Source: Longimicrobiales bacterium
GTDB lineage: Bacteria; Gemmatimonadota; Gemmatimonadetes; Longimicrobiales; Gaopeijiaceae
Direction of reading: 5' to 3'
Length of the DNA: 64,000 nucleotides
Assembly: GCA_965226375.1 (NCBI GenBank)
Contig: CBDDCX010000008.1
Location: 1,216,001-1,280,000, forward strand
Shown: piece after piece, positions 1 through 9,586 of the stretch
How the letters are laid out: the number at the start of each line of letters is the position of its first letter
How positions within the stretch are numbered: the first letter of the stretch is position 1
The notes under the pieces: model-generated
Database searches by the model: none
Told to the model about the DNA's origin: nothing
What the model saw: the letters and a program-made list of their open reading frames with translations, nothing else
Translations under genes and position numbers: made by a program

Positions 1-18
1 CGCCGCCGTCGTCCGTAC

Positions 19-180
19 TCACCGGTTTTCCTCACGTTTGAGGACCTTCAGCGCGACCTTGCGCTCATGCTTAATGTCGTAGGCCAGGTAGACCGTGGCC
101 ATCCCACCTTCACCCAGCTCTCGCTCGATGGTGTAGCGGTCTCCAAGAGCGGTATTGAGTCGTTCGATGGGATCGGACAT
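19..180 (-). pseudogene. Truncated Hanks-type Ser/Thr protein kinase (N-terminal 53 aa only)
   Basis: Manual translation [53 protein letters not shown]. It contains the Gly-rich loop [10 protein letters not shown] and VALK, then an early TGA. Confidence 0.8.
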
Positions 181-265
181 GGGCGCTCCGAGATCAGGCG
201 GTGCTCAACATCCTATCCGCAGGTCGGGAAGCGTAACTATCGACGCTCACCAACGCCAGAGATTC

Positions 266-306
266 GCTTAGGAGGCAGTCGCTCTATCCAACTGAGCTAC
301 GGGGAC
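266..306 (-). tRNA. 5' half only of tRNA-Arg(CCT) (fragment, possible att scar)
   Basis: Reverse complement GTCCCCGTAGCTCAGTTGGATAGAGCGACTGCCTCCTAAGC gives the acceptor 5' strand, D arm and anticodon loop CT-CCT-AA. No T arm or 3' acceptor strand follows. Confidence 0.8.
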
Positions 307-506
307 AAAGTGCTTTTCCCGTCGTCAAGACATGCTTCGCTGCTGTCGGACCGTGCGGCTACCTCGGTAGAAAAGGAAGAACGTGTTGCCTTCACGAGTG
401 ACCCGAACCGGCTCGAAATCCTGCGCAATGACCTCGATCTCCGGCCAGGAGACCTGACGGGTCAATTAAGACCTCACGCCGAGGGGGTTCGAATTCGCTC
501 CCAACT

Positions 507-995
507 TCACACAGCCGTCGGCGGCCCGTCGGCGTTGAAGCAGTCGACCTGCACCTTCCACGAGCCATCGGCTTGCTTGTGCCAGACCGTCACGTACTTC
601 CCCTCGGTGAGCATCACCGTACCGTCCTGATCGACGGTGAGCTCGAACGTGCCGATGGTGTATCCGATATCGCCGGAGGCGGCCACCTCGGCACTCGTCG
701 CCTGCCATGCGAGGCCGAACCCCGGCATGGAGGTGAGACCTTCCCATGTCGTGCGAATCGCGGGTCCCTGAGCGAGCGGGGCGCCAAACGGCATGAAGTG
801 GGCACCCTCCGCAATGAACGAAAGAAATCCGTCGATGTCGTCGACCGATTCGGACCAGGCTTGGTCGACCGCCATGAGCGCATCACGCTCGCTCCCGAGA
901 TCGATGGCCGGTGTCCCCGCCGTCGGCGCGCAGCCGGAACTGACGAAGAGGGCAACGAGAAAGAAACGATAGGTGGGTTTCATGATCTCCTCCAT
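507..995 (-). CDS. SnoaL/NTF2-like (DUF4440/YybH-type) lipoprotein
   Basis: Lipobox-like LFVSSGC. Motifs AEVAASGDIGYTIG and GKYVTVWHKQADGSWKV are typical of the ketosteroid-isomerase-like fold. Confidence 0.8.
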   Translation of the reverse strand: MEEIMKPTYRFFLVALFVSSGCAPTAGTPAIDLGSERDALMAVDQAWSESVDDIDGFLSFIAEGAHFMPFGAPLAQGPAIRTTWEGLTSMPGFGLAWQATSAEVAASGDIGYTIGTFELTVDQDGTVMLTEGKYVTVWHKQADGSWKVQVDCFNADGPPTAV

Positions 996-1101
996 TGTGT
1001 GCCGTCCATCCGGGAGCCCGTGCGATGACTCCGATGACGGAGACCATCATCATATACGCAGGTCCTGAAAGCACAAGCAGAAGTCCGCATGGACCCCGCC
1101 T

Positions 1102-1449
1102 CTAGAACGTCAGCACCCCTGCCCTCACGAGCAACGACACAACCACATCGCCTAGCTGCTTCCGGGTGTCGCCCTCACCCATGGTGCCCGCTCGTACCTG
1201 CTCCACCACGCTCTCCAGGGCCGCTCGGTACTCCGCCATGGTCTCGGCACCTGCGGTGGCGTCACCCGTACCCAACCCACTCGCGGCCGCGGTGGAGCTC
1301 ACCATCTCTCTGGGTGGTGGAATCATCACGTCGCCGGCAACCTCCTGGCCCGCTACCTGGCCGGGAAGAAGCACGAGTGCCCCGCCGATCAGCAAGGCCG
1401 CCGCGCAGGATCGAGCGCATCGCCACTCTCGGTGCGTCACCGTACGCAT
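1102..1449 (-). CDS. Hypothetical secreted protein
   Basis: Likely start MRTVTHRE with signal-like AAALLIGGALVLLPGQVAGQ. It begins 11 bp after the stop of the upstream gene on the same strand. Confidence 0.5.
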   Translation of the reverse strand: MRTVTHREWRCARSCAAALLIGGALVLLPGQVAGQEVAGDVMIPPPREMVSSTAAASGLGTGDATAGAETMAEYRAALESVVEQVRAGTMGEGDTRKQLGDVVVSLLVRAGVLTF

Positions 1450-1460
1450 GTCCGAGCGCA

Positions 1461-2247
1461 CTAGAACCCCACCGCCACGGCGCCACCTGCGAGCAACCGC
1501 GCGCCATCGCCCGCATATCCGGTCAGATCCGCAGCGGCCAACGAGAGCGAGATGGCGACATCGCCAACCTGAAACGCCTTGCTGACGCCTGCATGAAGGT
1601 TGATCCCAGCCCATGCCACGATGAGGTTGAGGTCTCTCGCCACCTCCAACGCGGCATTTCCGAAGATCCACGTACCGCTCTCGCTCTTCCCTTCCGACAC
1701 GTCGCGCTCGCTCGTGTCAGCGAAACGCCCGGACCCTACCCCGGCACTCAGGTGGAGACGGCCGGCCCCGGGTCGGGGAGATGCGACCCCCTGAACAACG
1801 TGGCTCACCACCACGTAGAATGTCTCACCCAAGTCGTCCACGAAGTCACCTGATGTCAACAGGCTCTCGCCACCGACGGCGATCGCGGTCCCGTGCCCGA
1901 GGTAGCGATGCAGTTTGAACGAGTATGCGTAGTTGTCGAACTCGCTGAGGTCGGAGACCGTAACTCCTAGCTGCACACCAACATGGCGTATCGGATCACC
2001 CAACCCGACGCCCAACGCCATCACGCCGTCTGACGACGGCAACCAGGGATTTCGCTCAGACACACCCACACCGGCAAAGACGGCGCCGTACGCCGCGCCC
2101 CAGCCGGTGGGCGTCATCACGGACTTGGCGCCAGCATTGGGGAGCCGAAGGCTCAGGAGCCATTCGGGGATTATCTCCTGAGCGCATGCGGCCGTTGGAG
2201 CGCCCAGGAAGGTCGCAACCAGAAGCCCCGACAAGGCTGCCGACCAT
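1461..2247 (-). CDS. Putative outer-membrane beta-barrel protein (probable +1 indel near the start)
   Basis: ORF 1461..2234 has a signal peptide, Gly-rich amphipathic strands and a C-terminal Phe. Removing one G from the run at 2226-2229 joins ATG 2247 (MVGSLVGLLVATF). Confidence 0.6.
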
Positions 2248-2265
2248 CGAGTACTCGTCGGTCGA

Positions 2266-2664
2266 TCAGTAGTCAGTCGAGTAGTATCCGGCGATGTAGG
2301 CCTTGAGGACGGTCTCGAAATGCGGTGTACCCGGCGCCTGCCGAAGACTACCTAGGCCGTGCTCCTTCAGCCCGGCCGCCACATCCTCGAGGACCGCAGC
2401 CATTTGGTCCGGCTCCAGATGCACATCGAACCCGACCGTGGCATGCTCCGTCGATCCGTCCATGCCCACGACAATCCCTGCCTCATCACGCTCGATGGGT
2501 TCGTCGGGAGAAATGAGCGCATCACGGAAGCTATCCCGAACGAGAGGTTCATCGGGAGAGATGAACGCTTCTTCCGGAATGTCTCCGTCGTCAGGCACCT
2601 GACCGTCGTCATTCGTCGACTGAGCCCCGGCCATCTCAGGCTCGGTTCCTGCCTCGTCGCTCAT
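2266..2664 (-). CDS. Hypothetical acidic protein
   Basis: 132-aa ORF, co-oriented, GGAG upstream of the start, internal repeat (F/L)ISPDEP x2. Confidence 0.6.
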   Translation of the reverse strand: MSDEAGTEPEMAGAQSTNDDGQVPDDGDIPEEAFISPDEPLVRDSFRDALISPDEPIERDEAGIVVGMDGSTEHATVGFDVHLEPDQMAAVLEDVAAGLKEHGLGSLRQAPGTPHFETVLKAYIAGYYSTDY

Positions 2665-2759
2665 GCGTCATCTCCGACCGACCGCGGGATTCTGCAGCTG
2701 GGGGGCTGCCCGTTCAATCCAATATAGGCCCGCCAGGGGCCCGTAAACAAACGTCTTTC

Positions 2760-3380
2760 TCAGAGAACGAATTTGATCAGGGCAAAGCCCAGAATGAGCA
2801 GGAGACTGAAAATCCAGGTGAGCAGGTGGAAATATCGGTCGATAAAGGAGCTGATGGACGGTCCGAACCGATAGATCAACCCCGCTACGATAAAGAACCG
2901 CAAGCCGCGACTCAGGACGCTGGCCAATACGAAGACCGGAAAGTTGATCGCGAAAACACCGGCCGAGATCGTGAAGGCCTTGTAGGGAATCGGCGTCAGC
3001 CCGGCAACGAAAACCGCCCAAAAATCCCAACGCAAGTAGAGATCTTGCACCGCCGCAAACACCTCGGGGGTCACACCGGGTACGTACGCAAAGAAGAAGT
3101 CCGACACACCGAGCCAAAGGAGACCGCCGATTCCGTAGCCGATCGCGCCACCGACAACCGAGGCGCCCGTGGCCACCGCCGCAAATTTCAGGGACTTCGA
3201 GGCTGCCCCGAGGCACAACGCCATGAGCAGAGGATCGGGCGGAATGGGAAAGATGGACGATTCCGCCAAGGCCAAGAGGCCGAGTGCGGGCATTCCGTAG
3301 GGGGTATCGGCCCAGTGGAGCACCCATTCGTAGAGTCTGCGAACGGGTCCCGCCCGTCCCTCGGCCACCGGAGAACTCAA
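2760..3380 (-). CDS. YqaA/DedA (VTT domain) membrane protein
   Basis: Motifs LYEWVLHWA, AESSIFPIPPDPLL and AGLTPIPYKAFTISAG. The TTG start overlaps the pcm stop. Confidence 0.9.
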   Translation of the reverse strand: MSSPVAEGRAGPVRRLYEWVLHWADTPYGMPALGLLALAESSIFPIPPDPLLMALCLGAASKSLKFAAVATGASVVGGAIGYGIGGLLWLGVSDFFFAYVPGVTPEVFAAVQDLYLRWDFWAVFVAGLTPIPYKAFTISAGVFAINFPVFVLASVLSRGLRFFIVAGLIYRFGPSISSFIDRYFHLLTWIFSLLLILGFALIKFVL

Positions 3381-4063
3381 GCGCCCGCCTCCGGATGTTC
3401 CGACGCCCATGCGAAGCGGCCCAGGAGGGGCACGAAGGTGCACCCGTCCTGGACGACCTCTTCTTGAATCTCTCCGTCCTCTCGGCGAACGAGGACCAGG
3501 TTCTGGCTCTCTCTGGACCCAACGGGAATGAGCATACGACCTCCCTCCCCGAGTTGATCCAGGAAGGCCGACGGAATCGAGGGGGACGCGGCTGAGACAA
3601 CGATAACGTCGAAGGGAGCGTACTTTCTCCAGCCGATCGTGCCGTCTCCGACCATCAGGGCCACGTTCTTCAGTCGCAACTCGTCCAGCGCCGTACGTGC
3701 CCGCGCCGAAAGCTCCCGTACCCGCTCCACGGAGTAGACCCGGTCCGCAGTATGCGCCAACAGAGCGGTCAAAAACCCGCTTCCGGTACCGATTTCGAGC
3801 ACCGTGTCGTCGGGGGTGGGCTTGAGGATGCTCAGGTAGAGGGCCTGGAGCGAAGGTTGAGAGGCCGTCTGCGAGTAGCCGATGGGGATCGGGGCGTCCT
3901 CGTACGCTCTCGGCCAAACACCTTGTGGCAGGAATACGTGACGCGGCACTTGGTCGAAGAGCTGGAGCACCTCGAGATCATCGATCCCCCGCTCACGGAT
4001 CTCTTCGATGAGCTTCCGCCGATACCCGACGAAGCTCCGGTCATCTAGAGGCTCAGCTGCCAC
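3377..4063 (-). CDS. pcm: Protein-L-isoaspartate O-methyltransferase
   Basis: VPRHVF, AYEDAPIPIG, VLEIGTGSG, GDGTIGW, APFDVI, FVPL. GTG start with GGAGGAG RBS. Confidence 0.95.
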   Translation of the reverse strand: MAAEPLDDRSFVGYRRKLIEEIRERGIDDLEVLQLFDQVPRHVFLPQGVWPRAYEDAPIPIGYSQTASQPSLQALYLSILKPTPDDTVLEIGTGSGFLTALLAHTADRVYSVERVRELSARARTALDELRLKNVALMVGDGTIGWRKYAPFDVIVVSAASPSIPSAFLDQLGEGGRMLIPVGSRESQNLVLVRREDGEIQEEVVQDGCTFVPLLGRFAWASEHPEAGA

Positions 4064-4794
4064 CCGCGAATCTCCTCCAGGAGTCGATAATTGGTCAGAT
4101 CGAGGTGCAGCGGCGTCACGGACACGTATCCGTCGTGTACCGCACCGAAGTCCGAGTCCACATCGCCGCTCCACGTGACCTCGCCTCCGCCGATCCAGTA
4201 GTACTCGCGTCCCGACGGATCGAGCGCTTTTGTAAGGCTGTCGCTGTACCGACGCTTACCCAGGGACGTGACACGGATGCCCTTGACGTCGGCGGGCTCC
4301 ACCATCGGAAGGTTCACATTGAACAATGTGTCCTCTGGAAGCGCATCCTGGCCCACGATACCCTTCAACAGATCGACGAGCAGTGGTTCCCACACCTCGA
4401 GACCCTCGTAGGTGTCACCTGCATATGAGATCGCTATGGCCGGTATTCCGATAACGGTGGCCTCCATGGCTGCGGCCACGGTGCCGGAATACAGCACATC
4501 TTCGCCCATGTTGGGTCCGTGGTTCACTCCGGAGAGGCAGATATCGGGCCGCTGATCCATGAGCTCGTTCACGGCCAAGATGACGCAGTCCGTAGGTGTG
4601 CCGTCCACGACCAATGCGCCGTCGGTGGTGCGTCGAGCCCGGAGAGGGTGATGAAGCGTCAGCGAGTGGCTGGTGGCGCTCTGCTCCCGATCGGGGGCCA
4701 CGATCGTGACATCACCCAGGTGCCGAGCAGCCGAAGCCATGACTCGGATGCCCAACGCCAGGTATCCATCATCATTGGTACAGAGGATCTGCAT
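4045..4794 (-). CDS. surE: 5'/3'-nucleotidase SurE
   Basis: ILCTNDDG, APDREQSATSHSLT, GTPTDCV, YSGTVAAAME. Confidence 0.97.
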   Translation of the reverse strand: MQILCTNDDGYLALGIRVMASAARHLGDVTIVAPDREQSATSHSLTLHHPLRARRTTDGALVVDGTPTDCVILAVNELMDQRPDICLSGVNHGPNMGEDVLYSGTVAAAMEATVIGIPAIAISYAGDTYEGLEVWEPLLVDLLKGIVGQDALPEDTLFNVNLPMVEPADVKGIRVTSLGKRRYSDSLTKALDPSGREYYWIGGGEVTWSGDVDSDFGAVHDGYVSVTPLHLDLTNYRLLEEIRGWQLSL

Positions 4795-5165
4795 CAGGAC
4801 GGAAGGCGACTCGGCGGAGCGGTCAGGACCTCCTTGAGGTGAAGCAGCTCCTGCTTCATGCCGCCCAAGAACTCATGATCGAGCACGTCCTTCTTTCCTT
4901 CCGCCATCTCTCCGCGTTGTCTCATTTCGAGCAACTTCTGTCGAGCCCCGTCGATCGTGAACTTCTTCTCGTAGAGCAGATGCTTTACCAGGAGCACCAA
5001 CTCGACCTCCTTGGGACGGAATACCCGATTTCCGGCGCGGTTCTTGGTGGGGTGTAGGACCTCGAACTGTGTCTCCCAATAGCGGAGAACGTGCGGCTTC
5101 AGCCCGGTGAGCTCGCAGACGTCACCGATGGAGTAGTACACCTTTTTGGCAATCGGTTCATCCAT
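4794..5165 (-). CDS. MerR-family transcriptional regulator
   Basis: YYSIGDVCELTGLKPHVLRYWETQF...NRAGNRVF. TGATG overlap with surE. Confidence 0.92.
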   Translation of the reverse strand: MDEPIAKKVYYSIGDVCELTGLKPHVLRYWETQFEVLHPTKNRAGNRVFRPKEVELVLLVKHLLYEKKFTIDGARQKLLEMRQRGEMAEGKKDVLDHEFLGGMKQELLHLKEVLTAPPSRLPS

Positions 5166-5218
5166 CTTCGTTATCCCTGTCGATTGGGGTCGCCCCAGCG
5201 TTTCGGCGGCGGAACACT

Positions 5219-6226
5219 CTAGTACCACTCTTCGGGCTTCGGATCGCGCTCCATGAGGTTTTGCAGAGCCTGCCTGGGTTGGGTTCCCAACACCAGTATC
5301 CCGTAGACCTCCTCCGTGATGGGCATCTCTACACCGTACCGCTCGGCGAGATCATGCACGGCCTGAGCCGTTCTGACCCCCTCCGCCACGGCCGTCATGT
5401 CGCCGAGGATGGACTCCAGCGTTTCTCCCTGACCGAGGCGATACCCGACCGTACGATTTCTACTCAGGGAGCCGGTGCAGGTGAGCACCAGGTCGCCCAT
5501 GCCGGCAAGGCCCGAAAAGGTGGACGCCTCCGCTCCCATGGCCACCCCGAGTCTACGGATTTCCGCGAGCCCCCTTGTCACCAGAGCGGCCAACGTATTG
5601 TGTCCAAAGCCCAGACCGGCCGTCACGCCGGCCCCGAGTGCGATGACGTTCTTGAGAGCCCCGCCCAACTCGACCCCGATCACGTCGGTCCCGGTATACA
5701 CCCGAAAGTGTCCGGTCTGGAACAGCTTCTGGACCTCTCGGGCCGCATCCTCGGAGCGACTGGCGACCACCAGGGCGGTCGGGGCTTCTTGGGCCACCTC
5801 GATGGCGAAGCTGGGACCGGAAAGGGCGCAGAATTTCTCCATCTGGCTGGAACTCAAGACACTCGACAGAACTTCGTCCATGCGTCTCAGCGTGGATGTC
5901 TCGATTCCCTTGGATGCACTCACCACGAGGACGTCGTCTCGCATATGGGCCGCCGCCTCCCTCATCACCGCCCCGACGAACTGGGAAGGGCTCACCGACA
6001 GCACGACACCCGCGTCAGACAGTGCGGTTTCCAGACTCTCAGTGCATTCCAGATTGAGGGGAAGTTTGACGCCGGGCAGGTACGTCCGATTCTCACCCAG
6101 CCCCTGGATTTCCTCCGCAACCTCCGGCTCGTAGGCCCACAGACGCACGTCGCAGCCCTTCTTGGCCAGGAGAGCCGCCAGGGCCGTCCCCCAGCTTCCG
6201 GCTCCGACCACTGTGACCCGGCTCAT
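5219..6226 (-). CDS. gpsA: NAD(P)H-dependent glycerol-3-phosphate dehydrogenase
   Basis: GAGSWGTALA, SKGIE, LSGPSFA, GGALKNV, GDLVLTC, SRNR. Confidence 0.97.
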   Translation of the reverse strand: MSRVTVVGAGSWGTALAALLAKKGCDVRLWAYEPEVAEEIQGLGENRTYLPGVKLPLNLECTESLETALSDAGVVLSVSPSQFVGAVMREAAAHMRDDVLVVSASKGIETSTLRRMDEVLSSVLSSSQMEKFCALSGPSFAIEVAQEAPTALVVASRSEDAAREVQKLFQTGHFRVYTGTDVIGVELGGALKNVIALGAGVTAGLGFGHNTLAALVTRGLAEIRRLGVAMGAEASTFSGLAGMGDLVLTCTGSLSRNRTVGYRLGQGETLESILGDMTAVAEGVRTAQAVHDLAERYGVEMPITEEVYGILVLGTQPRQALQNLMERDPKPEEWY

Positions 6227-6843
6227 GCCGAGGCCCCGGAGTGGGGCGATTTGCGGAAGCTGCTCTCCTCACCCCTCATCAGTCGTCCGATGTTCGAGCG
6301 GTGGGACCAGATGACGAACACCGTCAGGCCCACGGTGAACCAAAAGGTGACGGCCCCGCCCTCGTGTGGAGTGAAATAGACGACGACGGGCAAGACCAAC
6401 GCCGCGGTCAGGGAGCCGACGGAAGCGATCCGTGTTCCCACCACCGCCACCAGCCAGGCCGCAAGACTGAGCAGGAGGGCCATCGGCGCCACGGCCAGAA
6501 ATACACCACCGCTCGTGGCGATCCCCTTCCCTCCCTTGAATCCGACCCAGAAGGAGAAAACGTGACCGAGGATGGCCGCACCACCGTACGCCAAGGCCCA
6601 CGACCACGGCAGGTCGCCATGGATCTGTGGAAAGTACCAGACGGGCAACCAGCCCTTGAAGATGTCGACTACGATGACCGGTAACGCCGCTTTCCAGCCC
6701 AGAACCCGAAAGGTATTGGTGCCCCCGAGGTTTCCGCTTCCCTTGGTCCGGAGATCGGTCCCATAAACGCCCTTCCCGACCATGTGACTCGTCGGGGTCG
6801 CACCGGCCACGTAAGCCAGTGCCAAAAGGACGTACGGATTCAC
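6223..6843 (-). CDS. plsY: Glycerol-3-phosphate acyltransferase PlsY
   Basis: DLRTKGSGNLGGTNTFRVLG, DIFKG, FKGGKGIAT, HRSNIGRL. Confidence 0.95.
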   Translation of the reverse strand: MNPYVLLALAYVAGATPTSHMVGKGVYGTDLRTKGSGNLGGTNTFRVLGWKAALPVIVVDIFKGWLPVWYFPQIHGDLPWSWALAYGGAAILGHVFSFWVGFKGGKGIATSGGVFLAVAPMALLLSLAAWLVAVVGTRIASVGSLTAALVLPVVVYFTPHEGGAVTFWFTVGLTVFVIWSHRSNIGRLMRGEESSFRKSPHSGASA

Positions 6844-6848
6844 GAAGA

Positions 6849-8165
6849 TCAATTCTCCCTGAAGCGGACCCGAATGGGACTTCCCAGGAACGTCCAACGA
6901 TCCCTGAGACTGTTGTGGACGTAGCGAATGTAGTGTTCGGGCAGGGCCTTAGGGAGATTGGCAAAGAAGATGAAGGTCGGGGGCGCCACCGAGACCTGAG
7001 TGCCATATCGGATCTTGATCCTGTGGCCCCTGCTGTGTGGCGGCGGCTGGTGGCGCAGGAATCCCGCCAGGGCCTCGTTGACCTCGGGCGTGCCGATCCT
7101 CCGGTGTCTCTCTTCCTGCACGTCGAGGATCATGTCGAGACACTTCCTGACCCGCTGACCGGACAGAGCCGATGTGAAGACCACCGGGATCCACTTGAGA
7201 AAGGGTGCCCGCTCCTGGAGGTCCTTTTCGAACTGGGGAGCGGTCATGGTGTCCTTTTCGACCAGGTCCCACTTGTTCGCGACCAGGATTACACCCGCTC
7301 CGGATTCCCACGCCTGCTCCGCGACCCTGAGGTCCTGGACATGCAGCGGCTCCGTGGCGTCGACCAGCACCAGACACACGTCGGCCTCACGCACGACCTT
7401 GGCAGTCCGCAGGGCCGAATAGTATTCGATCGAGTCTTTGATCTTGGACTGACGGCGGAGTCCGGCCGTGTCCACGAAGACGAACGTCTTGCCGTGATAC
7501 TGGAGGGGGGAGTCCACCGGGTCACGCGTGGTACCGGCCACCTCGCTCACCACCACCCGATCCTCCCCGAAGAGGCGGTTCACGAAGCTCGATTTTCCGA
7601 CGTTCGGCTTTCCTACAACCGCCACACGGATCAGATTTTCGTCCTCTTCGACCTCTTCCAACTCGGGCAGATTGGCGACCAAAGCATCCAGAAGATCGCC
7701 TGAGCCCTTCCCGGACATAGCGCTCACAGGCATCGGATCGCCCATGCCCAGGCTCCAGAAGTCCAGATGGCCCTGGTCCCGAGGCATGTTGTCCATCTTG
7801 TTCACGACAAGCAGAACCGGGGGACCGCTCTTTCTCAGGATTTCTGCAAGACGCTCGTCGAGGGGATGAACGCCCGCCTTGCCGTCCACGAGGAAGAGTA
7901 TGGCGTCGGCTTCGGCCACGGCGGCGTAGGCCTGCTCACGAATGGCCTTATGCAGTGGCTCGTCGCTGCCCTCGATGACACCTCCGGTATCGACCAGGAA
8001 AAAGTGCTTTCCCGCCCAATCGGCTTTGCTGAAGTTCCTATCGCGCGTGACGCCGGGTTGGTCGTCGACGATAGCCACGCGCCCGCCGATCACACGGTTG
8101 AAGAACGTGGACTTTCCCACGTTCGGCCTGCCCACCACTGCCACGACCGGCATACCCCTATTCAT
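6849..8165 (-). CDS. der: Ribosome biogenesis GTPase Der (EngA)
   Basis: Two G domains (GRPNVGKS/DTGG/NKMD and GKPNVGKS/DTAG/NKWD) plus a KH-like C-terminus. Confidence 0.97.
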   Translation of the reverse strand: MNRGMPVVAVVGRPNVGKSTFFNRVIGGRVAIVDDQPGVTRDRNFSKADWAGKHFFLVDTGGVIEGSDEPLHKAIREQAYAAVAEADAILFLVDGKAGVHPLDERLAEILRKSGPPVLLVVNKMDNMPRDQGHLDFWSLGMGDPMPVSAMSGKGSGDLLDALVANLPELEEVEEDENLIRVAVVGKPNVGKSSFVNRLFGEDRVVVSEVAGTTRDPVDSPLQYHGKTFVFVDTAGLRRQSKIKDSIEYYSALRTAKVVREADVCLVLVDATEPLHVQDLRVAEQAWESGAGVILVANKWDLVEKDTMTAPQFEKDLQERAPFLKWIPVVFTSALSGQRVRKCLDMILDVQEERHRRIGTPEVNEALAGFLRHQPPPHSRGHRIKIRYGTQVSVAPPTFIFFANLPKALPEHYIRYVHNSLRDRWTFLGSPIRVRFREN

Positions 8166-9448
8166 CGACGTGCACCGCCAGGCTCCCCAGACATTCCAAC
8201 AGATCGTATCCGGTAACGACCTCGGCGGGGGCCAAGGCTTCGCGAACCTCGGTCAACGGAACGCTGTCGATGAATAAAGCGTCGGCGTTGATCGCTTCGG
8301 CCGGCAACAGCACGATCTCGTCTTCCCGTGTGTCACCGACGGCCTCCAGGATGTCCCGTCCCCCTAGGAGCCCGGCCACGGTCACGCTCTCACCGTAGAA
8401 GTCATTGACCACTCCGACCACGTCCACGGTAGATCCGACGGCCCGGGACAGGCGGGACGCTCGTTCACGAAACAACGGCTCCATGCTCAGCCCGGTCACG
8501 ATCCGAAGTGTGCGTCCAGGAATGGTCGGAGCGCCCGGCAGCCCCTTCTCGAAGTCGCGCACGAACCGGTTGATCGCACCCACTCCGTTCTCCGTGAGGG
8601 AGCCCTCGTCGTAGTACGCATCTTCCGGGAAAACGCCGCCGGCGATCAGGTACATTTCGTCGGCGGCATAACACCACCCTCGGCCCCTCTCCTCCAGGGC
8701 CTTTACCCGGATACGATCCACCTGGCCGATGGCCGCCAGCGCCTGATCCGGAGTCAGCAAGTCGACGGGACGCCCCAGGTTGTACTTGGTGAGTCCCACA
8801 GGCACCACCGACAGGGATCGGACGCCCTCTCCCAGGTCGTACAGATCGGCGATAGTGCGGTCCAGGTGCTCCCCATCGTTCCACTCGGGACACAGCACGA
8901 CCTGCGTGTGTACCTCGAGGCCGTTGTCGAGCAGATACCGGAGCTGGTCCATGATGAGGCCGGCTCGCTCGTTGACCAGCAACCGCTCGCGCACTTCGGG
9001 TTCGGTGGCGTGCACGCTCACGTAGAGCGGGCTGATCCTCTGCTCCACCAGGCGTTCCATACCCCGGGGGGCCCACGTTGGTGAGCGTCACGTAGCTCCC
9101 GTACGTGAACGAGAGCCGGAAATCGTCGTCCCTGAGCCAAAGCGTACCGCGTGCATCTTTGGGATTTCCGTCGATGAAGCAGAACACGCACTTGTTGCCG
9201 CACTCGCGAATCGTGTCGGGGGCCGGGACGATACCGACCGGTTCCCCGAGTTCACGTTCGATCTCGTAGAATATCGAATCCCCGGCGGGATTCACGGTCT
9301 CGAGCTCCAAGGCACTCTCAGCCAGGAGGAAGGTCAAGTCGATGCCGTCACGGACTCGCTGCCCGTTGATCCGGACGATGCGCGTCCCGATCTCCAGGTG
9401 GAGTTCGTCCGCAATGCTGCCGGCTTCGATCTCTGCGATTCGTACCAC
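8158..9448 (-). CDS. PDZ + radical SAM DUF512 (TIGR03279-like) protein, split by a +1 frameshift at ~9066-9071
   Basis: N-terminal frame has VRIAEIEAGSIADEL...ECGNKCVFCFID...DDDFRLSF (CxxxCxxC). C-terminal frame has ISPLYVSVHAT and VVPVGLT. Deleting one base of the G6 run gives TLTNVGPRGMERL. Confidence 0.88.
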
Positions 9449-9586
9449 GGATGGGACTCTCTGATCAGGAAAGAGGTCGGAAATTAATAGGAATCTCAAC
9501 AAATTCATCCAATGATGGTACAGGTCGGTTAAAATCGTTTGACGGGAGCCGGAACCACCGGGGGAGGAATTGCGTAGATTGGGCTC

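Noticed and set aside
486..496. GGTTCGAATTC resembling a tRNA T-loop, a possible missing half of tRNA-Arg
   Set aside because: It is on the wrong strand and side relative to the 5' half, and there is no complementary acceptor stem or cloverleaf.
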